A program made the translations under genes and the position numbers. A stretch of DNA of 64,000 nucleotides from Paraphysomonas bandaiensis (Eukaryota > Protista > Chrysophyceae): positions 34,919 through 98,918 of the forward strand of contig CBFFRP010000327.1 of NCBI GenBank assembly GCA_965644295.1, written 5' to 3'. The notes under the pieces are model-generated. The model did not search any database, had not been told where the DNA came from, and saw nothing but the letters and a program-made list of their open reading frames with translations. This document shows positions 26,901 to 39,302 of this stretch, piece by piece. How positions within the stretch are numbered: the stretch's first letter is position 1; every line of letters starts with the position of its first letter.

Positions 26901-28982
26901 CAACGATCCCACAGATACGTGTCTTATTGCATACAGTGTACCATACACGTACACAGACCACAAGGCTCATTTGCATGAACTTTTGAATAAACCAAATGCG
27001 AAAGATATCATCCGGTATTCACGTCTTTGTCAAACACTGAGCGGTGCAGACTGTGATTTGGTGGTGATCACGAACTTTAAAGACAGGGAGAACATTGGTT
27101 CTGTTTATAACACCCCACTGAGTGGGAAATCATCCAATCCCCCCGAAAATCAAAGTGGGAGGAAGTTGAAGTCGCAAGCGAAGTTAAACAGAAAGGCACT
27201 GATTATATCTGGTCGAGTGCACCCTGGTGAAACACCCGCTTCTTGGATGATGAAAGGCACATTGGATTTTCTAACCAGTGATGCCCCCAATGCGAGACTT
27301 ATACGACAGGCATATATTGTGTATATAGTTCCTATGCTTAACCCAGATGGTGTCATATTTGGAAACAATAGGTGCGGCCTAGCCGGAGTTGACCTGAACA
27401 GGCAGTGGAAGAACCCCATAAGATCAATGCACCCCACTGTGTATGCTCTGAAGACCTTAATTCAAGAGCAAAAGAGTCAAAGGGAGATCAGTATGTACAT
27501 TGACCTCCATGGTCATTCTAGAAAGTACAATATATTTATGTATGGGGTGGAAGAAAAGAAAAGGCCCAATCCAAAGGTCCGGGCTTTTCCTAAGTTTTTT
27601 TCGCTGCATGCTGTTGGCAAAAAGTATGTGTCATATAACGACTGTTCTTTCCACGTGCGGAAGGGTCGAGAAGCTACAGCAAGGGTGGTGGTGGCAAGGG
27701 AATTAGGGATACCACTTAGTTATACAGTTGAAGCGACTTTCTGTGGAGCCGATGAGGGACCCTTGAAGTTCTGTCATATGAATATTGGACACCTACAAGA
27801 AGTTGGCAGTTCGATGTGTGATGCCTTTCTTCAGTATTCAATTGCCGAAGGGGATGTTCCAGATTCATTGCTGGCAATGAGCAGACGCCTACGCTCGGAA
27901 TCTGTGCCAACGGATGCACTCACTGCGGCAGTAAATGAACAGGTGCGGCGGGGAGGGGGGAGATCATCCGATAAAAACCGTTCTAAGGGGTCTGGATATG
28001 CAATGTTGAAGAATTCGACGGTGCATGCAGAGGCTGAAGCTAGCGTTGATGTTCCATCCGATGGAGGAGAGTCCTTGACCGCTGGAAAAGCGACGCCCGG
28101 AGAAACACCACCTCCCATAGAGTCTCCCGATAATGTGGATCAAGTGGTATCCCGGGCTGAGAGTGAAAGTGATATTGTTGGTGATGATGATTCTGATGAT
28201 GGAGATAGTGTAGTTCAGGCCGGGACTGATGGTGACGGACCCTATGTAATGCCATCTACAGCTTCGTCATCTAGAAGTATACAGTCCGCAGCCTCATCGC
28301 GGAATTCGTCTTCTATGTTGCGCTCTCAAGAACACTCCAATCGATCGGAAACAGCACCAATGAACTCACCAGCTCTCGCTGATGCGCAGACACCAGGTGG
28401 TTTACGCCTTTTAGCCAGAGATGACGGGTTCAGCTTTTCAGATTCCGTAACAGCAAATAGGATGATCATAGGGATAGCTGCAAAATCAGCGACGTCGAGT
28501 CCGCCGATTAAAAGCTCTGGCGAGAGCAGGTATATATGCTACTCTTTCATATTATGCTAGGTTACGTTTTTGCTTCCAGGGGTCGTTCTGCAGTCTCAGC
28601 CAATAAATCGAAGGACGCTGTATCATTGCGCCCAAAGAAAGTTTCGCGAAAAGGCGGGCTGAAGGCGAAGAGAGATAAGATAAAGGTGAGTTCTGTTTTA
28701 ATACTATTTCACCACTAAAATATATATTCAGCGACACTCAGAAAGTGTCGATTCTGATGACACCTTCGGTACTGATGGGCAAGGCATATTTGGCAAGCGT
28801 TTTTTGATGGTGGGAAAAGAAGAGGACGACAAAGGCACTCAGGATGGTAAGTCAAGATACGGAACACAGGTAATGCTTGTAAACAAGACGTATTTTATCA
28901 CTAATTTGAGTCGTTAAAACAGTTTAGCCTAGAGGATGCATCTATTGCTAGCAGCGTAGGACTTCCCAAGGTTGCCAAGTAA
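23977..28982 (+). CDS. Cytosolic carboxypeptidase (CCP1/Nna1-like, M14D tubulin deglutamylase) with N-terminal ARM repeats
   Basis: FDSEFESGNL, HTQWFYF, VPYTY, GRVHPGE, PMLNPDGV..GNNR..GVDLNRQW, DLHGHS, SYTVEAT. N-terminal armadillo repeats. Short 3' exons to TAA 28980-28982; extra 5' exons are possible. Confidence 0.92.
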
Positions 28983-29447
28983 ATGACGGTTATCTGAATT
29001 CGTGTATTATATCTACCCAGTTGTGTTTGTAGCTTTAAAATCGGCTCGAATGTATAGTGTATTGCTATGCTTTATGGCTGTTTGGTGTGTAGCAGTGGCG
29101 GTAGTGATTATAGTTTGTTGACTGCGTATTATATGCACACAAGTCAAGCGTGTTAATTAAACTACCGATAGTTTTGTTGTCAATGTATATGCGCATATTT
29201 ATCATTTATTACATATTCTAATGATGATGTTACTGTGGGTTAGAGAGTAAGTAAGTGCTTATAAAGCAACTCTGTGGATCGAAATCTATCCCGAAACTAT
29301 TTTTCGAATTCTAGAAGCGACGTGCATTCATACGTACTTTGTGGTATTCTCTGTTGATGATGTGGTGTTATAATTGGCTAGGAGTTATAATGCTGTTCAC
29401 AGGCACTGATAAACTCAATCGAAAACTGTTTATTTATGTCTCAACAT

Positions 29448-29598
29448 AAGGTTTGTGCAACGATTAATTGGTTTTCAACTTATTGGCAATAATTGCGAAT
29501 TAATTGGATTGTCAATTACATTAACTGGTTTGGCTTAATGAAATAATAATTTCAATTATTATTTGCTAAATGTTCCAATTAGTTGTTACGCAAGCCTG
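29448..29598. mobile_element. hAT-type MITE (151 bp)
   Basis: 8-bp TSD CTCAACAT (29440-29447 and 29599-29606); degenerate TIRs of about 24 bp (AAGGTTTGTGCAACGATTAATTGG / CCAATTAGTTGTTACGCAAGCCTG); internal AAATAATAATT-TC-AATTATTATTT palindrome. Confidence 0.8.
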
Positions 29599-29762
29599 CT
29601 CAACATGCGTTATCCAATTAAGCAACTGCACTATTCGATGCCAGTCACAACTATGGCGAAGGTAATCCTTGGTATATATTAATCATAAATAAGCAACAGG
29701 AAATAAAATAGAGTAAAAACTGAGCACTACAGGAATTTCGGTAATTGTATTCCATAAATTCG

Positions 29763-32334
29763 TTAAAGAAATCGTTGAAGTTCCTGCTTTGTTGGTACAG
29801 AGCACGTACTTTTTCTACCAAACACGCGATAACGGTTTCTCGCTACAAAACTATAGGCATAATTCATTATTCGCCTCGGAAATAAGGAGAGCAGCAGTAA
29901 TGGCCCCTTCCAAATACCACAAACACTGGTCCCTCCAATTATTGCCAGCACTGCAGAAAAGCGGGTATGAATATTTCCAAAGGGATCAATTACAAATATG
30001 GTGTCATCTTTCTCATCAGCAAATCTGTCTCTGGATACGCCACTGAGCTCAAGCAATATCTCGCTTTTTCTGAGGTTAAAAGGCATTAGTCAACGACACA
30101 TATAATAACCAACATTGCGCGGTATACAAACCTGCTGTTACATGGACTGTATATAATGTCTCCTTTTGTATCTAAACGAAGAAGCAGCTGTACGATAGAA
30201 TCACACATACCACAGTCACCATCGAATATTAGCACAGACTTGCCCAAAATCTATTCAATAATCGTATTACGAAAAAAACATAACACAGAAATACCAACCT
30301 TCGCAAAGTCTAGCTCATTGATTTCACCATTGTGTATAATATCTTCTATTCTGCTGTCTCTAATTCCGTATACGTTTTTGATAGCATTTACCACGGCCAT
30401 AGAAGTATTGTCAGTAGAAGCTGTAAGAGCTACTCTAAGCGATCCTGTATACCTCACTATTTCTCCTAAAATAGGTAAAGAAGCACTCACATCTAAGTCC
30501 CAGCCTCCTCCATCATTATGAGGCACGATTTCTGCACGCGGTTGCAGCGAGAGATACTTCGGTACTGGAACAAATCCAAACAAACTTGAGCCGCAGTACT
30601 CCATTTTAAATCCCTGATACGACCCATCAGTGGCCCGAGGCAGACTCTTCTGTAAGTATAATGTATGCAATATCCGTCCGACAGTTTCCGCCAGCAAGTG
30701 ACGATTTGGTAGTGCATAAAAAAACGATTCAAACGTAACCATCCGCAGATGTGAGTTGTCTGGCGGACCTTTATCCCGACAGTCATCCATACATGGGTGG
30801 AACATACGTTTCCAGTGATGTGGACTCATACTAACTAGTACCTTCATACGATCACTCTCGTTTCCATTCCGTGGAATCGGAAGACCCACCCTTTGTGCGG
30901 CCCAGCGTACGACCATCGATTGATGAACATATACCTCAACACATCCAGCAGCAATCCCTCCCTCCCGGTGTATTTCGGAGATTGATGGGGAAAGAGCGCA
31001 CTGAGAGGCCCAATCCAGTGTACCAAACACTGGAAATAACGTACAGAGGTTCGGTTCAGGCCATTCAGGAGGAAGCTGGTCGGAAGAGGAGGAAGTTTGA
31101 ATATATTGCTGAAGGTCAAATCCCTCCTCAGCAGTGCAGCCAGTAAACTCTTGAAGACTGATGACTTCAACACAAGGACGAGCTCCTGCTCTTAGCAAGT
31201 GATCCCCATCTGCAACACCCTTTTGATGGTACGCCAAAAATTTCTTGGTAAGAATGACGGCTGGTGTGCAGGGTATCTCTGGCCCAGTCTCCTCTGAAGC
31301 ATAGATCCCCCAACGCACCTCTCCTCCACTCTTGCCTTTCATATGCATCATCATGCCACCCCCTCCTCCTCCCCCTCCATTGCCACTCAGCGTACGCAGC
31401 AAAGCGTTAAGAGACAATAATGGTGCACTCCATGGAGTCCAATCCCGTATCAGTCCCCAGCGCACCGATGTAGCCATTGCGGAAAGGCCAAGCATCGATA
31501 CGTAGCTCTCGACGCCAGCCCGAAATCTGAACTCTCGAAGACACGCATTCTTATTTTGTCCCATATATATTACATTGTCTGGAACATCAACATCGCTACA
31601 GAGTCGTGGTTTACGCATACCAAAGAAATGTGTCTTCTTAAGGTGACTCCAAGCAGAAATAGTCTTTCTATGTCCATCCTCCACGATCTCTACAGGACGT
31701 CCACAATAGGAGAGCACACTGCGCACAGTACCTTCACCAGGCATCGATGAGTTAGCCACGCTCAAATCCGTAGTTACAGAAGTGAGTGTAGACGTCGAAT
31801 CGCCTCCGTACATGAAATGAGACACTGTGGATGGGAAGAAGTGCTCGATAACTGCTGAAGTAATAGCAGGGGTCGTGCTGGCTCCTGTCAGTAGAGTACA
31901 TCCCGCTTGTACTGCTTCGTCATTCAAAGCAGAAAACCCCTTCACATAGTCTGTATTATCCGCTAGATCAATGTAATGACACTTCTGTCCATGTAATGAA
32001 GATGTAATACACGCTCTAGCTACAGCATATGCCTCTGATGCATCAAATGGCCCTATATACACTTCATCACTACACAGCAACTTACATACCCATCAACATT
32101 ACCTGCAGTATGTATAACTAAATTAATTCCCATATCATAAAGTCGATTAGCAAGTCCTTTTGATCGTATATCAATGACATGACTCTCTATCGATCTTCCA
32201 GTAGCAGGCTGTAACACAGATCTTTTATTTAATGATCTACCAGCTATAGATACATTTAAACCAGGGATAGAATGAATACGATTAACTATACGACGACCAA
32301 ATGCACCATATCCTCCTATTACAAGGACCTTCAT
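29763..32334 (-). CDS. Fusion protein: saccharopine-dehydrogenase-like Rossmann oxidoreductase + DUF4166-like domain + DCC1-family thiol-disulfide oxidoreductase (4 exons)
   Basis: Exon 1 MKVLVIGGYGAFG...HTAG, then PF..YIDLAD..GASTTPAIT..GPEIPCTPA. DUF4166-like C-part (FGFVPVP...LPILGEIVRYTGSL). Phase-0 intron 30251-30298 joins in frame to VLIFDGDCGMCD, and a further intron joins to YSFVARNRYRVFGRKSTC. Confidence 0.85.
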
Positions 32335-33546
32335 GATATATGATACAAGTATATGATCATATCCACATTAAAGACTATATGTACTTGTGTATATATATAT
32401 ATGTACAGTACATATGTACAGAGTATACAGGTATTTTTGTAGAATAAATACATACAGTAGGTACATAAAATATCTGATTTTCTCTACTTTTATATAATAT
32501 GTCACTGGAAATTATAGATACTAATTACATAAAATCCCAGATATCTGAATATACAGGGCTGTATATATATAGAATATCGGAATATCTAGATCGAGGATAC
32601 TGCTGTGTATGAAAGTTCTTCGTAACTGTAATATCTGCGCCATGCAATGCAATTAACGTTAAGGTGCAATATATGAAGAGAGACTAGCGGCTTTACTGTT
32701 TCGATAAACTTCATGTAACGACTTTTGTCACACATTTTCGCTCAATCTTTGAAGGGGGTTCATTACCTATACTCAACTTTGAAACTCACAATCCAGATCT
32801 CCACAAGGGACGTTTGTGGATACATGATACTACGAATAGTTCCTGAATGTTTAAAAGAGACGGAGCTCTTATTAAATCCTCGTACCATTTTTTGTTATAC
32901 GAAATTGCGTGATAAATAGCTGTAAACGTATGTGTGATATTGAACTCTAAATGAATGAAAGCAATGAAGATACGGGAATGGGAAGGGATTATGACCCACT
33001 ATCATGAGCAAATCAGGACTCATGTTTCTTTGAAGTTTTGATCACTATTTACTATCCGATATACATGATAATTATTCAGATAGATGGCTGATTGATACAT
33101 TGACACCAATGCGACGTAGTTTCAGTGCACACTTATAACTTATACTAGCCTACGACCCCAAAAAGGCAACAAAATTTAGATTTAATTCATATATAAAAAC
33201 ATGTCGTGGTGGATGTAGCAGTATCAGCTTCTCCAGCGTATGTTCAAAGTACTAGTCGTAATAGAGGAGTCTAATAATACGCCGGTATATAAACCTTGAA
33301 GTGAATATCGAATATTGTTAACAGCTGAGTAAGTTAACCAACAAAGTCGTACAAGGCCTTGTGGGCATTCACGTCAGAGCTACCAATACAAACTAATAGC
33401 ACCACATCACATGCAACTTTTCTCATCAGAAAAAGCACTTACTAAACCAAATCGAAAAATGTAAAATAGAATGCATCAGAATCTACAATATGAAATCCAA
33501 GTATATGAAACACAATTTCTTCACGTTTATCATTAAAAAATGTACA

Positions 33547-34968
33547 CTATCTCATCTGAAACCCCTCGGATGTTAAAATCTTTGACCTTTCATATTCTGC
33601 ATTATCTGTGACAATTCCAGGTGAAACGTATACTATTTGATACTCTGAATTTCGAAGTGTGTGTCCCCCTCTCTTCACCATCACCTGCCAACCTTTGTCT
33701 TCTTCTAACTTGGATTTTAATGATGTTCCATGGGCATTTGGGTCAAATATGAATAGTGAAGACTTCCCCACTCTTTTTTCGTACCCTACCAGGGTGCGAG
33801 AATGTCCATGATGTTGAAAGTACAGAGGTGGGATGAATGGATCCGCAGCGTTCTGCTCATCGCTACCAGTCGGGTAGTTGGTCGAAAGATCAGTGGTCCA
33901 GGCTTTCAAAGGGTGTGGGGAATTAAAATAGGCGTACACCCAATCCACCAGTGGACGTGGCGTTGACGATTCACACCCTCGTGACTTGCGCTTTTTCTGC
34001 CTAGTTGACCGCCCTGATGTCGATGTGCTGCTCCCCGTGGAAACAGGGAAAGAATCACAGAAGTCAACAATTGAACACCGCACCCGCATGTATCGCAGCA
34101 GAGCAGCACATTCTGCAGACCCATCAGACACGCACACATACAGGCATACACATACCAGTGGCACCAATCCACTTTGAGCTCCCAAGTAATGACCCCCCCA
34201 ACTGGAGGCACCCCTGAACATTTATATTAGGTACAGTATATCTCTCCGCCATCAGCATACCTCGGTGTCAAACCCTGCGCCCCATGCCTGCTCAATCCAA
34301 GCCTGAATACCATGCACATCTGGCACATCCCCAGAACCATTGAAGAGTGTGTCTCTGTAGGCGGGAATGTTTATTAAGGTGTGACACAGCATCTGAATAT
34401 TCCTGTAGCCACATGACCACTCCCCCCCCATCACAACGCCTTTCTGGCTGATGTGTGGGCAATAAGAGCTGCACAGACGATACTCGAGCAAAAAAGATGG
34501 GGATTTGACTCCATTACTGTCCATGCCCTTGCAGCTTTCTTGCTCGACCTGTAGTTTCTGCTGAATCAAGGAAATTATACCATGTGTCACAGATTCTGAT
34601 GACGCAGTCAACGATGTAGAGTCTGATGATGATTTCTGTGAAGATGATGACGTCTGTCCTCCTATAACACTATTCTGTTTTTTCCGTATCGGTGTCGAAC
34701 ACATTTCACACACAGAAACAGTTCGTTGATTAATAAAAGTACAATGAGGACACTGTGATAATGTTTCTGTTGCTAAATCACTAATATCCTCACATGATTT
34801 CTTTGATTCAATTGACTTTGAATCAGATGGAGAGCTCGTAATATCAAGTACAGTACTTTGTCTCTGTCTCTTTCTTTGTAAGGGATTCTCACAGGCTTCA
34901 CATACATTATTTACTGAGCTATTATGTAATGTACATGTTCCACATACTATGATTGATGGTACTGACAT
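33547..34968 (-). CDS. ZUP1/ZUFSP-like peptidase C78 deubiquitinase with two RanBP2/NZF zinc fingers (3 exons)
   Basis: WSCGYRNIQML (catalytic Cys), IQAWIEQAWGAGFD, spliced KWIGATECAALL, QHHGHSRT, FDPN; N-terminal CGTCTLHN...CEAC and CPHCTFIN...CEMC. Confidence 0.9.
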
Positions 34969-36349
34969 TGTTGATTGTATGCTTTAATCAGAAGATGTTC
35001 ACAGAGGCAACTCACATCATATATATATATATACATAACTCTCAGGCGATATATGGACGAACCTCTTCCACAACACACTGCTGCTGTACACCCACCAGTA
35101 TATTCCACATTTCTATGTATGATTTCTAAAATTCCCAGTTTTCATAAATATATTATCATTATTCTCTTAAAATATTGATAATATCCCAAAAATTTTGTCC
35201 CCATATTAAAACAAGCAAGTAAAATGTTGGAATATTCTCACAGTGATGAACATCGACATCCTTTGTATATTTTTTTTCTAATATGCCTCTAATATTGAGA
35301 CAACAACTATCTGTACTCCAGCCGTAGCTGTATTGCAGTAATATAGACGATTTTTGCTTCAATTTATTCCCGAAAAAATAAGATGCTGACAACCTACACG
35401 GAAGATTCATAGTATGATATAGAGACTGTAGAGTATAGAGTCTTATTCAACTCATATATATATTGAATATGATGAAGGCAGTAATGAAACAAGACACTCA
35501 TTCTATTAATCTCTTGTCAACTCAACAGTTAACTCAGCAGTTATCTCGTTTATTTATTACAAGGAGTTAATATATAGTGAATACATGTATATATATATAC
35601 ATCTGGACAATGATTTCAACAGTTCAGTTCAATTATCATGATAAAACTCAAGGCATCTATCACCGCCTTGCATATTGAACCGAAGCCACGTCGGCAATCT
35701 CGTATTGTTAAGACTTGATCACGTGTCAGCAGCATATGCCGAATATACTCTACTCGATCTAAAGAACTTCATGATTTAGTCTCGATTTATAAACCTGATG
35801 TTGTGTACATGGATTTATAATTCAACTTCTCTTTATTAAGAAAACATGCTAATAATAAGAAAGACCAATTCAAATAAAAGTATACTATATCACATGTAAT
35901 ATGGTAGGCTATGCAACAGTTGTTGTATGAGTTTAAGTGCTCAACTCTATCTCAGTTGTTTAACGAAACCTTATTCATTCTTTCCTTGAGTTTGGTTGGA
36001 ATTGAAGACATAATCACCGGTTCGGTAGTCTGGAGAGTGCATTCTTGGTTTTAAGAAGCTCCTAACAATTTAAAACGCTATAAACACAGCCGTTCTGCAA
36101 AGAAAGAGTACAATTTCCTGTCTTTATAATATGGTCCGCAAAGAATTTGATTGAACTGTTCAATGCACCAGTTGGTGGCAGATTTCCAATACATCAAAGA
36201 CCTCATATCAAGAGCACAAGAGAGGTTAATCTGAAATCTTGGCTGGGTATGAAGTCGGTCCATGTAGGAACCCCAAAGTAGCTAACATTGTCAACGACAG
36301 CTGATTGATTAAAGGAGGTACTGTAAACAGAAGGTTTGCTCGTAGCAAA

Positions 36350-36880
36350 TGTTTACCCATGGAAATATGGGCTGATCCCGTCTGTAAAGTCGGCCTCCCA
36401 CTTTGGTATTTTAGGATATAAATATCGGAGTCGCCGAGTAAATGGGCAGGGGTAAGTGTGTGCGTGTGTAGAAGTCATCCGTGAAGATATCTTTGCATGC
36501 GTACCGATGATCGTTGAACAATTGGAGTTGTGATTGGACTCTGTCAATGGTGTCCCAGAATTGTGGCGTGGCTGGTGAAGAGGGCTGTATCCTGATGCCT
36601 AGTTGTTGCCCCCATAGTACCAGGCTGGTGATGTACACGTCGACTTTTTAGGTGGAGTGCTCGTATAGTTCTAAGAGCGATGTGGCCGCATCTTGGGCTG
36701 TCCTTCAAGCGTGAAGGCTCGTTGCAGTGTGTGCCATTTTTGAGTCTGGGCATAGGTTGAGAATTTGCGCAATCTAAGCCCTTTGTATTTCGTGGGAAGG
36801 TAGATAAGAGCCGCAGGGTAGCCATAGGGGAGACGGAGTATTGCCTTAGCAGCTTGGACAAGGAGTTTGTCTTCGGCGTT
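36350..36880 (-). pseudogene. LINE reverse-transcriptase thumb remnant
   Basis: ILRLPYGYPAALIYLPTKYKGLRL resembles the LYLPxxxGGLGL thumb motif of non-LTR RTs; frameshifted. Confidence 0.55.
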
Positions 36881-37329
36881 CCAACAAAGATAATTCATAT
36901 CAATAGATTGAGTACTAAGGTGGATGCATGTGCTGAACGAGTGCACAAGACTGAGCTAATTAATGTGGTATCTGATGAATGGAATGACTGTTCCAGGTCA
37001 ACGCCTCGGATAGAGGGAATACTATGATATATATATATGTTTGGAGGAATAGTCGCCCCTAGAAAATACACGCATTTCAAATCGATATTGGGAGGCAATA
37101 AATATTCGTCACAATCAATAAATGGAATATAGATCATAAGTATTTCACATTATCACCAATAATAAAAGAAGCAACCGTTACATCATAATATATAATCACT
37201 TTCCAACACACTATTTTTAGAAGAATATCCATTGAGCACCATATCTACAGTCTAATAGACGAGCTTACTTTCAGGTGGGAGTGTTTTTTCAAGTAAAAAG
37301 ATCTATTACTGAAGCTTAGTCTATTAAAT

Positions 37330-38000
37330 GTCGTATAATTATTGTTGGCTGTACTAGCTAGGGTTTCTGTAAACTATTGTGCCTAAGAGAATACGGCGGT
37401 AATTAGACATGCTTGTGTTCCTGCATCTATCTGTTGTTGTTAGTTCAGTGTAGATATAGTACCCTGCATTGTACCGCTCCGGAACTACTTGTGCATCGCT
37501 GTAAGCACCATGGTGCAACCGTTCCGAATATGGTATTTTATCATATGGTCGTCCTTGGTGTAGCACGTCTATGACGCTGGTTGATGAGGGTGGCCGCTCG
37601 GGGGGAGTGATATGAATACGGGTATGAAGAGTATTGAGTGGGGTGGATGCGCCGCATTTGGAGGATGATGGTTGCACGGGTAGAAGCAACTGCCATCTGT
37701 TCGTGTGGGGGCAGGGTGAGGCCGGGATATGGCACGCCGAGCGGGTGTGCGGTGTGGGGTAGTGATGACTTTGAGAATGGTAAGTATGTTCGGTGGTGAC
37801 GCTTGGCGGTGTGTGTGACAGTATTGTGAAGTCGCAAGGGAGGACTGCGATTGGGTGAGGGGATAAGGGCAGTGAACAACGACTGCACTATCGAGGATAT
37901 AGGGTAGTAAAAGGAATCTAATATGCTGTAGCGAATTCCAGCGGATAGAATCCACTCTCACTTTGGGATATATGTAATAGGGTTTTTATCAATAGAGGTT
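37330..38000 (-). pseudogene. Degenerate LINE-like 3' fragment ending in a divergent copy of the structured 3' element (37330-37527)
   Basis: GC-richer broken ORFs that end just before CGGAACGGTTGCACCATGGTGCTTACAGCGATGCACAAGTAGTTCCG (minus strand). Confidence 0.5.
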
Positions 38001-38471
38001 TCTAATTGGTATCCTGAAGTCAGCAGATGACAGGTATATCAAGCTTTACCATCATCCCTGCACACTCTGTGGGGCGACATCGCAGAATCGTACCCTCGGG
38101 GGACAGCAACTGCTCCCCCTCATGTCTCATCTAGCCTCCAATTTTTACACTTGTGTATCACATTCCGCATACATAACAATAATGCCTCATCTTCATATCA
38201 CCGAACAGCGGCGTCGGCGTCTCCGCCAGTTATTTCTGCGCCCCAGGTCCAAATTTCGTACTGAAATTCCTCATCCCATGATGACCCACCAGAACCTTGG
38301 GCTACGTCTCAACCCATGTCTCTCACGGTCGGTATACTCACCACTCTAATACAGGATCCTGTACCCCCTCCTAATCCTGCTGAGCTCTACCCCAGAGGGC
38401 ATCTCCCTGACTAAACGAGCATATACTCCGCAGGACTCACATTCTTGGATAACTTTCCATACACAATCAAG

Positions 38472-38891
38472 TGCGGAAGCGGTCGCACCTTGGTGCTTGC
38501 GATGACGCACAAGCAACTTCCGTAGTAGCATTGAATAGTAGGATATTAGAGTTATACCAGTTAGTTTATGGAAGATACTTATCTAGCATTGACTAGTACT
38601 CTGTTCATATATATGGCTACTCAGCTGGTACTGACTCTCAAAGACCTATTGCTTATAAACAGACATTTATTTACAGATATATATAACTGTTCTACTTCTT
38701 CACTGAATTTGCTTTGAGCAATAGAGCAAAAGTGGTTACACCTTGGTGCTTGAGGTGATACACAAGCAACTTTCGTAGCGCTAAATAGTAGGATACAAGA
38801 GTTAAGCACTAGTTAGTGAAATTGTTTTACTACATAAGTTCTGAAGTTCTGACTCTTACACGCCTATTGCTTATAATAAGATATTCACTAG
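38472..38891 (+). repeat. Two tandem copies of the structured dispersed repeat (38472-38672 and 38709-38891)
   Basis: Shared core CACCTTGGTGCTTG...CACAAGCAACTT, then TAGTAGGATA...GACTCT...CCTATTGCT...AGACATT. Confidence 0.85.
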
Positions 38892-39302
38892 TTTTTGATT
38901 AGTTACATTGTTAGATTTTGCTATATTGTGGAGAAGTAATAGAAAAGAAAACACTAGAGAGGGGTAATGTATCAAAAATTTCAACACCTATAAAACCATT
39001 AGGGTCTTCCAGGAATGGATATCTTATTTGTCTTTATCCTCACAGTGACACAGTTTCAGTACGTATTCATTCAGGATACTAATATACAGCTATTTGGGTT
39101 TTATATTAGGCTATCCCTAACTCGCCCTTGCTTAGTAGGTTTTGATTTCATAGGTAAGCACATGATATATCGCATCCAAATTACAGTAGTGAAACACTCC
39201 TTTTTCTCTGTAATTTTCAAATTCCTAACATCAATATTAAATAATATTTAGCTAGAACTTTTGAATAAAAGATCACAATAGGAAAGTACAATTACACAAG
39301 AA

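Noticed and set aside
38472-38891. Hammerhead ribozyme or Helitron 3' end as identity of the structured repeat
   Set aside because: No CUGANGA/GAAA core in the right geometry and no consistent subterminal hairpin plus CTRR terminus across copies.
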